Shown one piece after another: positions 40,095 through 47,200 of a DNA stretch of 47,200 nucleotides (position 1 is the first letter of the stretch; every line of letters starts with the position of its first letter). The translations under genes were made by a program, and so were the position numbers. The notes beneath the pieces were generated by a model that searched no databases, was not told where the DNA came from, and saw only the letters and a program-made list of their open reading frames with translations. This DNA comes from Candidatus Hodarchaeota archaeon (GTDB lineage: Archaea; Asgardarchaeota; Heimdallarchaeia; Hodarchaeales; Hodarchaeaceae): assembly GCA_016839785.1 (NCBI GenBank), contig JAEOTQ010000124.1:1-47200 (forward strand), given 5' to 3'.

Positions 40095-40991
40095 ATGCAA
40101 CAGAATAATAAACCTAACAAGGTATTGTTTATGGGACTGGGAGCAAGTGGCAAAAGTAGCATTAGATCAATTGTATTTGAAGGAAAATCTTTAGAAGATG
40201 TTAAGGATTATAATGCTACTATTAATTATACTCGTTCAACAAAGAATATTATTGACGCACCTTTTCAAATTTTCGATTGTGGTGGTCAAGAGAGTTTTAT
40301 CTCAGTTTTTGTGGGTGAGCAAGCTGAATTTATTTTTAGTGATGTGGCGGTTCTTATCTGGGTAATAGATGTGTCAAATTTCGACGCTGTTTCTACTTCA
40401 AGATTCTATTTTAATCTGGCCCAAAAAAAATTAGTAGAATACTCCAAAGGAGCAATTATATTCTGTCTTCTCCACAAAATGGATTTATTAATACCTGATA
40501 TGAAAAAAAATGTCAATGAAACAATAGAATCGTATTTTAGCCCGATAGCTGGAGTAGAAATTAAATATAGAAGTACATCGATATTTGATCAATCCATCTA
40601 CAATGTTGTAGGGGAGATGATTCAAGCACTTATTCTTAAAAGTACGAAAGCTCAATCAGTGTCAGGGGCAATTGAAGAATTTATTAAAACGCATGATGAA
40701 ATGGCGGGTGTAGCTATCTACACGGATGATGGTTTACCTGTTTTCGAAGAAGGAGATACCGATAGAATAATCTTACCAGCCAATCTCTGGTTGGCGTCAT
40801 ATGATAGGTTATCTAAGGAATATCATCGGGAAGGTATGAAAACAATACTTGAGACAGAAAATTATATTTTCGTGTTCCGCAATATCAAATCTGAACTTCT
40901 CCTTTCAGGAATTGCTCGAAAAATAGCTCCATTACAATATGTTTTGGTAAAAATGGAACAATTAGAAGAGATATTGAATAAACTACTCTAA
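40095..40991 (+). CDS. RagA/Gtr1-like GTPase with C-terminal roadblock domain
   Basis: KVLFMGLGASGKSSIRSIVF, DCGGQ, IFSDVAVLIWVIDV, IFCLLHKMDL, TSIFD; C-terminal GVAIYTDDGLPV..ILETENYIFVF roadblock pattern. Confidence 0.9.
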   Translation: MQQNNKPNKVLFMGLGASGKSSIRSIVFEGKSLEDVKDYNATINYTRSTKNIIDAPFQIFDCGGQESFISVFVGEQAEFIFSDVAVLIWVIDVSNFDAVSTSRFYFNLAQKKLVEYSKGAIIFCLLHKMDLLIPDMKKNVNETIESYFSPIAGVEIKYRSTSIFDQSIYNVVGEMIQALILKSTKAQSVSGAIEEFIKTHDEMAGVAIYTDDGLPVFEEGDTDRIILPANLWLASYDRLSKEYHREGMKTILETENYIFVFRNIKSELLLSGIARKIAPLQYVLVKMEQLEEILNKLL

Positions 40992-41101
40992 AAATCGAAG
41001 AAGAATTGACAAAAAACATTACTTTAACATCATCGTATTGGCGCCTTACAGTATCCTTGTCAATTCATACTGAATAATAATGAAATTATTGGAAAGTCGG
41101 A

Positions 41102-42448
41102 TTATTTATCATTACTTTGCTTTTTTTCTTCATCGGTCATGTATTTGCCAAATAAATTCTGAATATCATCCATTGCTATTTGTAATTCTTCATGTGGAAC
41201 ACCTTTTGACCTTTCAAACCAACCTCTCTTAATTGTGGACTTTGAATCATCATGATATGCAATCAGATTAGAAGCATCATTGAAAACATCCCGTAATTCT
41301 GGAATACGAGGTAAACCAAATAGGAGAAGTAATGAAGATTTTTCCATTTCGGGATCGTCATATGATACAAACGATGGTTGAATGGATCCTCCTTTCACTA
41401 AATAGGGTGCTAAGATTTTTTTCAAGTAAGCAGAATACTCAAGTTTCGAAATATCTTTATTACCAGTCAATATGGAGTATACTGAACCTGCAGCAGGTTT
41501 TTTATCAATATCCGTTAAGGAACAGTGATTGACGGTGTATCTAGCCGCTAAAGCCATTTGCTTATCCATTCGTCCATATTCAGGCAAAAAATACATGTCT
41601 TCAAAGAAACACGGAACTACAACTGGATCTAGTCTTCGAGAATAGTCAGCTAAATCAGTCGTAGGCATAACCTTTTTACCATGTTCTTGAATGCTTGGAG
41701 AGAGAATTGATTCTATAGTACGTAGAGCTAGCGGATTTACTAACTGTGTGAACTCTACTCCAGCGTCTGTTCGTAATTTTTCATCATTTTTTGTTAAATT
41801 TGAGGAATCTATACCAAGAGATTGATCTAATAAACCATTAGCTCGGCCTTCTCTCCACTCCATTACTCGTTTTAACATAGTTTTATTTGATAACAAGAAA
41901 ATTAAATTAGGACCTTTTTTTGGTTCTAATTGATTTCTTAATAGTGTTGATAAAGACCAAATTGAGTTTATTGCTTCAGAAGACTGGTTTTCAAATGGTA
42001 GGACACCAAATACATAAATGAAAATTCTACGTTCATCAGAAAAATGTTTATGTAACAGTTCAACAAGAGCAGGGGTTCCCCCGCACCCAGTCCCCCCACC
42101 CATGCTTGTTAATAGTATAAAACCTGAAACTCCTTCATAACCTAAACCCTGGAGTTGATTAAGAATAACCTCTTGATTTTTCATAACAAGTTCGTAACCT
42201 TCTTTAAATTTCCCTCCTACTCCTATCTCTTCATCAGAATACAATAGTGTATTGCGACTTGGAATTGAATATTCTGTTCTAGTTTTGAGAAGATCAGTCT
42301 TATCAGTATTCATTATGAGGTATTCACGAATCCGTGTGGAACCAGTTCGATTTTTTTCTTCCTGAATATAGGATCCTACTAAATTAGATCCACATTCACC
42401 TAATCCGATCACAAATACATCTGTCTCTCTACTAATTTCACTCATCAT
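41102..42448 (-). CDS. Divergent tubulin/FtsZ-superfamily GTPase with tubulin-like C-terminal helices
   Basis: IGLGECGSNL, MNTD, GVGG, GFILLTSMGGGTGCG, VLPF, NSIWSL, TDLADY..LDP, WF..G....E...A..D...L...Y; GAGGT RBS. Confidence 0.9.
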   Translation of the reverse strand: MMSEISRETDVFVIGLGECGSNLVGSYIQEEKNRTGSTRIREYLIMNTDKTDLLKTRTEYSIPSRNTLLYSDEEIGVGGKFKEGYELVMKNQEVILNQLQGLGYEGVSGFILLTSMGGGTGCGGTPALVELLHKHFSDERRIFIYVFGVLPFENQSSEAINSIWSLSTLLRNQLEPKKGPNLIFLLSNKTMLKRVMEWREGRANGLLDQSLGIDSSNLTKNDEKLRTDAGVEFTQLVNPLALRTIESILSPSIQEHGKKVMPTTDLADYSRRLDPVVVPCFFEDMYFLPEYGRMDKQMALAARYTVNHCSLTDIDKKPAAGSVYSILTGNKDISKLEYSAYLKKILAPYLVKGGSIQPSFVSYDDPEMEKSSLLLLFGLPRIPELRDVFNDASNLIAYHDDSKSTIKRGWFERSKGVPHEELQIAMDDIQNLFGKYMTDEEKKQSNDK

Positions 42449-42460
42449 TTCTATTACCTC

Positions 42461-45400
42461 TTATCTATGCATTACGTAATACTCAACTGCAAATGAAAGG
42501 TATTTCATCATTGGTTGATGTGAATAAGCTTCCTCAATCTCCCTCTTAGCGTTAGCGATATAAGTAACCTTTGCTTCATGAACTGTAGTAGGAACATAAT
42601 CACTAATGAAAAGAAATAGCAAACGTTGCCATTTTGTAAGTAATGGTAAACTTTCTTGTCTCCACTGAGTTTTTAGCTTTGATATAGTGGTCAATATATC
42701 GTAAACTTCATTTAGATTTGTTTCAACCTGCAAACTTGCTCTTGCATCAATTAACTTCTTTAAAGGAAAAATATCTTCAGAACATTCATCAAGTTTAAAT
42801 TCGAAAACAGCATGAATACTTGGATAGTAGGGAACTTTTGGATCATTCGAAAGGTCACTTAAATAAAGTTCATAATTTTTCTTTTCCAATTCTCTAATAG
42901 ATTCGAGACATAATTTAGTCGCCTCCACAATTTCTATAGTGGAACTGGCTATTAGATCAAACGACCAAAATTGTACTGCATTTCGAGCTTGTTTTATTCT
43001 TACTACGTGTGGCATTAATGTCTGTTGAGTATTTTTCCAACCTAATGCCTGAATGAAGTCAAGTATTCTGATAGCTGTGGTATTTGTTGAATCAATAATT
43101 GCAAATAACGATTTTTGTAATTCCTCGTTCTTCAAAATTTTATCTAGCTCAACAAAAGATTGAGTAAGCATTTCAATTGACATCATGTCACTAGTATCGG
43201 CTTGTATTAGTTGTGTGAAAACTTCTATTTGTTCTCCAACAAGATTTTGGATATCTGTTAATCCACATGCCTGAAGTTGACTAATTTTTCGTAGAAGGTT
43301 TTTACTTGCAATGCTTAGTAATTCCATAAGTTTGGCTAATAAGATATATTCATAATCATGAATTGTTTCCACAATCAATCGATTTAGGGACTCTAATGTT
43401 TGTCCTTCAATAGGAATGGTACTCTCAAGATATGAATGAACTTTATGGACTTCAGGAGATACATCACCCATTGCTTCAATTATTCGGGGGAGACTTACAG
43501 TTACTTTATTATAAAATAACGCTTTTAATTTTTCTAATCCTTCCTGAGCTTTAGTAGTTGCATTATTCAAGAAGAATTCAAATTTTGTCATGATATCCTC
43601 TAGATCCTTGGATTGGCTAAGTTCAGTAATCCCTTGTTCAAGAACTAAGAATAATTGATTAAACATTCCTAAATAATGTGTTGGGAGTGACTTATATTGT
43701 TTTAACCATCCAGATAAAATATCTCGACATTTCAGTCGAACTAATTCACTTCTCTTGGTATTATATGTGTGTAAGCGGAACCAAAGCTCTAATAGATCGG
43801 AATAATCAAGTGCTTCCAAATCTCTAGGAATTTCAAACATTGGGAGTGATCCAATCTCTTCTTTGAAGTGTGTTAGGGATGATCGTTTGATGCTATCAAC
43901 CAGTTCAATCTGTCTCGAACATTCTTCTATCATCGTGCCTTTTGATGAGCTCATGAGTTTCATAAACTCGAAGTAAGCTTTGATCATTGCAATCGAATTC
44001 CGAGAAGCAGAGGTTCCAGTTAATTTTATTATAAGTTCATTTTTCTCTTTCCGTAAATCGACTGGAACTTCACCAGGAATCATGGGAAAGTTGAGTGCCT
44101 CTATTTTGTTTTTGAGATAAGAAAGCGTTTTCTGCTTCCAATCCTCGACTTCATCAATCCTGTCAAGTAATTCAGATAAGTCAAGTTCACCTGCATCTTC
44201 TACAAACGGAGTACGAGGTAGATTTGGATCCGATTGTAGTAATTCTAAAATAGTTACATTCTTTACATAATCTTTGATGGAAGCTGCAGTCAATGTGACG
44301 AATTGCTTGTAAAGTCTGTCATATGAGCGTCTATAAAGTAAAAGGGTCTGTATATCAGATTCTGAAGCCATTTTATCATAAAGTGAATTCAGTTCAGTCT
44401 GAAAATTAGGTGGAAAGTTGTTTATTCCTTTTTTTTCAATTTTACTTGCTATCGTAATTGTATCATTTATTGCATGCCTTGCTTCTTGAAGGACATTAAC
44501 AAGTTTATTTTTCCATATGTTGACCGATCTCAAATAATTCAACAGTTCAGTTGGACTATCAGACTCAAAGACAACAACAGGTGGTTTAAGCGATATTAAT
44601 GCCTTAGAATCTGAGTCTGTAGCTTCAAAAGCAAGCTTATTCCGAATTTCTTCACGAATAATTTCCAAAAATTCAGAATAATATACATGAAAATTCTTTA
44701 GCTTTGATAATACCTCTTTTAAGTTGTCTGGTGTTTCCTGAACACGATTCGCGTGTTCTTTGGCGTTGACTAATAGAGTATTCGGTATTGACACCCCCTC
44801 TTGAAACACTCCTTCATTAGCCTGATAAAGCTCTTCTGTAGAAGCTATTCTTTTAACTCCGTTAATAACGTTTGTTTTCCATGTTTGGATTTGCTCCAAA
44901 TAATTCGCTAATTCTGATATCGAAGAATTGGTCATCGCTATCTCTGGAGGGAGTGGAATTAATTTATCGGAAAGTGTTGGAAACAATCCCCTTATCTGAA
45001 CGATACTATTGTTAATCGAGCTTTTTATTCGTGTTATCTCAGATTTAATAGTAGTACTAAACTTCGTTATGAGGGTAGATAGGGATCTATGGAGCTGATT
45101 AAGCTCGTATATCGTCTTCACTTGTTCGATTTCACTAATTAACTGCTGAATACCTTGATATTCTGAACTATCTGTTATAATTTTCCCTTTCTCCGCTTCA
45201 TTTATTGAATACAATAGATCATGTGTCTGTTGAAGCATCTTCTCTTGAACTAAATTCTTAGAGGAGGCTAATTGCAGATCTATAAGTTTTCCTTCCTCCT
45301 TAAGCTCAAAATATACCTTGATCAATCCTTGTGGATCATAAGTAGATAATATCTCATCATTTAAACTTTTACTCAGCTTTAAAGCACTGGATTCTATCTT

Positions 45401-45889
45401 GAATAGATCAGTATATATGGTAATTTTGGATTTATTCTCATCTAATACCTTAGAACATAAATCCTTTACTTGTCTGATTGAGATTTCTAATACTGTTTCT
45501 AAATCTTTAATAAAATCATCAATAGCGTTAATTTCAGATGTTAACGGCAGATTAAGACTCTTTAATGAGTTTGCTGCTTGTGGAGCAACGGTTGATAAAC
45601 TGTTTGCTTGATCGTTAAGTCTTGGTTTAAGTGTTTTAACAATTGATTCATAAATGCATTCTAAACAGTCATCTTCTCCTGTCTTTATCAGAGCCTGGAT
45701 TTCTTCCTGTTGTTTCTTTAATCCTCTTTTGGCTATCCTTCCAGCAGATCTAATCTCATCCTCTAGTTGAGAATATTTTTGAATTTGCTTGGAAAGAGAA
45801 GTGAGGTTTCGTGAGCAAACAGGTGTACTAAAATGTTTATTCAGTCTAGAGAGTAAATCTGTTATTTTCTTCATATTCTTAGAAGACAT
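42461..45889 (-). CDS. 1142-aa all-helical rod-like protein with ~122-125-aa internal repeats
   Basis: Long amphipathic helices, recurring P..EL..YL....WK motif; no Walker A motif or TM segment seen. Confidence 0.8.
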   Translation of the reverse strand: MSSKNMKKITDLLSRLNKHFSTPVCSRNLTSLSKQIQKYSQLEDEIRSAGRIAKRGLKKQQEEIQALIKTGEDDCLECIYESIVKTLKPRLNDQANSLSTVAPQAANSLKSLNLPLTSEINAIDDFIKDLETVLEISIRQVKDLCSKVLDENKSKITIYTDLFKIESSALKLSKSLNDEILSTYDPQGLIKVYFELKEEGKLIDLQLASSKNLVQEKMLQQTHDLLYSINEAEKGKIITDSSEYQGIQQLISEIEQVKTIYELNQLHRSLSTLITKFSTTIKSEITRIKSSINNSIVQIRGLFPTLSDKLIPLPPEIAMTNSSISELANYLEQIQTWKTNVINGVKRIASTEELYQANEGVFQEGVSIPNTLLVNAKEHANRVQETPDNLKEVLSKLKNFHVYYSEFLEIIREEIRNKLAFEATDSDSKALISLKPPVVVFESDSPTELLNYLRSVNIWKNKLVNVLQEARHAINDTITIASKIEKKGINNFPPNFQTELNSLYDKMASESDIQTLLLYRRSYDRLYKQFVTLTAASIKDYVKNVTILELLQSDPNLPRTPFVEDAGELDLSELLDRIDEVEDWKQKTLSYLKNKIEALNFPMIPGEVPVDLRKEKNELIIKLTGTSASRNSIAMIKAYFEFMKLMSSSKGTMIEECSRQIELVDSIKRSSLTHFKEEIGSLPMFEIPRDLEALDYSDLLELWFRLHTYNTKRSELVRLKCRDILSGWLKQYKSLPTHYLGMFNQLFLVLEQGITELSQSKDLEDIMTKFEFFLNNATTKAQEGLEKLKALFYNKVTVSLPRIIEAMGDVSPEVHKVHSYLESTIPIEGQTLESLNRLIVETIHDYEYILLAKLMELLSIASKNLLRKISQLQACGLTDIQNLVGEQIEVFTQLIQADTSDMMSIEMLTQSFVELDKILKNEELQKSLFAIIDSTNTTAIRILDFIQALGWKNTQQTLMPHVVRIKQARNAVQFWSFDLIASSTIEIVEATKLCLESIRELEKKNYELYLSDLSNDPKVPYYPSIHAVFEFKLDECSEDIFPLKKLIDARASLQVETNLNEVYDILTTISKLKTQWRQESLPLLTKWQRLLFLFISDYVPTTVHEAKVTYIANAKREIEEAYSHQPMMKYLSFAVEYYVMHR

Positions 45890-45953
45890 ATTTTATCCTT
45901 CCATTTTGTCCCTAATTTGGTTCATACAATATCAATAATATCCTATGGATTTC

Positions 45954-46892
45954 CTATAAAGTTGTAGAAGATTGGATTTGTATCCATGCTAATGAACACC
46001 TAATTATATATTCAGCAAGTGCTTTCACACAATCCTTGATCTTTTTCCGCATGGTCAGTTCAACCAGTCTAAAAGGAATATTTGATAAATCCTCTTCAGA
46101 GGTTCCTAATATTTGACCTGACAATTCGTTTAGTTTTTCCGATATTTGAGTTGAAAGTAGTGGAATATACTTTGCCCAATCAAAATGAATTAATATACCT
46201 AAAGATAACCGATGAGTCTGTCCTTTATCCAACCATTTTTTTGGACTATAAAGGAATATTGAGGAAGTATATTCTGCGAAATCAATATTTAACGCTGAGG
46301 CTCCCAAATCCTTACCTAAATCAGTTTGATCTCCATTTAGTTCATCATCCTCAATATGCTTCTCAACAAATAAAGAAAACATATCTAGTACCTGTTTTTT
46401 ATCTACTTCACTCATATCATAAGTTACTTCCCACAGGGAAGATGTTGAACCTTGAAAAGCGGAAAAAAAATCGATAATGACTGCAATTTTAGCTTCTTTC
46501 ATTCTACTATAGATTTTTTCATATGGGATGCTCTCTCCCACTTCCAATAAACTTTGGAATGCTGATTCATCTGCATCAAAGAAAGAAGCAAAATCAGTTA
46601 TGGAAGTTTCTTCAACCCCTTCTTCAGCTCCAAAAGCCATCGCTGCGATATCTTCTAAATCCATTTCCTGTAGTGCTCTTTTCTTTTCCTCTCTCTCTTC
46701 AATTTCCGAAAATAATGATGATACCATTGAAGAATCATAGAATAGTTGATAGATTCTTAGAAGTAGATCATTAAGTTCATTTTCTTTAATATCTGCGTTG
46801 AATTCCCTAAGAATCGAACGCATTACTACATGTTTCGCCATCCGTGTTGAACGGACCTTATCTTCGATTTCACCAGTTACGAATTTTGACAT
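45954..46892 (-). CDS. Hypothetical protein: helical N-domain, acidic linker, putative longin/uDENN-like C-domain
   Basis: AVIIDFFSAFQGSTSSLW beta-hairpin; ALNIDF..YTSSIFLY..RLSLGILI beta-strands followed by helices. Confidence 0.55.
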   Translation of the reverse strand: MSKFVTGEIEDKVRSTRMAKHVVMRSILREFNADIKENELNDLLLRIYQLFYDSSMVSSLFSEIEEREEKKRALQEMDLEDIAAMAFGAEEGVEETSITDFASFFDADESAFQSLLEVGESIPYEKIYSRMKEAKIAVIIDFFSAFQGSTSSLWEVTYDMSEVDKKQVLDMFSLFVEKHIEDDELNGDQTDLGKDLGASALNIDFAEYTSSIFLYSPKKWLDKGQTHRLSLGILIHFDWAKYIPLLSTQISEKLNELSGQILGTSEEDLSNIPFRLVELTMRKKIKDCVKALAEYIIRCSLAWIQIQSSTTL

Positions 46893-47102
46893 TGGAGTTC
46901 ATCTTATAATAGAGATAAGTTTCGAGAGAAATATACGAATGATTGTAGCTTCGACCTCTTCTATGAAATCTTTGAGTATAAAATAACTAACTTACTTTTA
47001 AAAATATTGCAATGGAAATAATTAACCAAAATAGAGTAATCATTCAATATTCTTTAATTCCATGACCATCATGACTAATTTTGTCAGACAACTAGTTGAA
47101 AA

Positions 47103-47200
47103 CTAATTCTGGACAGGATGAGTCACACATCCGCTATCCGGCAGGTTAGCAACCAGAGAATGACTGCTTTCCATTGGGACTACTTGGGGGTCAGAGCGAA
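47103..47200 (-). other. GC-richer edge segment, possibly the 3' end of a minus-strand gene (tnpB-like C-terminus) and/or a structured RNA
   Basis: Minus frame reads ..RSDPQVVPMESSHSLVANLPDSGCVTHPVQN*; contains hairpins; truncated by the window edge. Confidence 0.25.

Noticed and set aside
41102-42448. Naming the gene ftsZ or cetZ
   Set aside because: It lacks FtsZ GGGGxN, GAGA and NxDFAD, and has tubulin-like C-terminal helices; a symbol would overstate the assignment
42461-45889. SMC/Rad50 or dynamin assignment for the 1142-aa protein
   Set aside because: No Walker A/B, ABC signature or GTPase motifs are visible
536-46986. Many short 60-130-aa ORFs antisense to or nested in long genes (e.g. 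6649-7011, 8166-8516, 14118-14423, 30815-31144, 46082-46477)
   Set aside because: They overlap well-supported CDSs and have no recognisable motifs; treated as shadow ORFs
1-47200. CRISPR array, rRNA, tRNA, integrase or complete transposase
   Set aside because: No regularly spaced direct repeats, cloverleaf or T-loop signatures, or recombinase/transposase ORFs were seen

Overview
AT-rich, densely coding window that looks archaeal (GGTGA/GGAGG ribosome-binding sites, T-tract terminators). It is probably from an Asgard archaeon; this is inferred from two Rag/Gtr-like small GTPases, PCI-like winged-helix domains and a tubulin-like gene, not from a marker gene. The first 37 kb is mostly housekeeping or accessory metabolism: endonuclease IV-like protein, PQQ/GSDH dehydrogenase, M24 peptidase, acyl-CoA dehydrogenase, an ABC importer, Lrp, TldD/PmbA, a CPBP protease, a heterodimeric ABC exporter and a xanthine-dehydrogenase-family cluster. 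Several unusual eukaryote-like domain architectures are interspersed (tandem WH+RING-like; CofD-like+PCI; C2-like). The most interesting part is 37.7-46.9 kb. A divergent pair of Rag-like GTPases lies next to a minus-strand three-gene operon encoding a putative longin/uDENN-like protein, a 1142-aa helical rod with ~122-125-aa repeats, and a 448-aa tubulin-superfamily GTPase whose C-terminus aligns by eye with eukaryotic tubulin helices H11-H12. This is a candidate undescribed cytoskeleton/small-GTPase system. No rRNA, tRNA or CRISPR array was seen. All family assignments are by-eye motif recognition; no searches were run.
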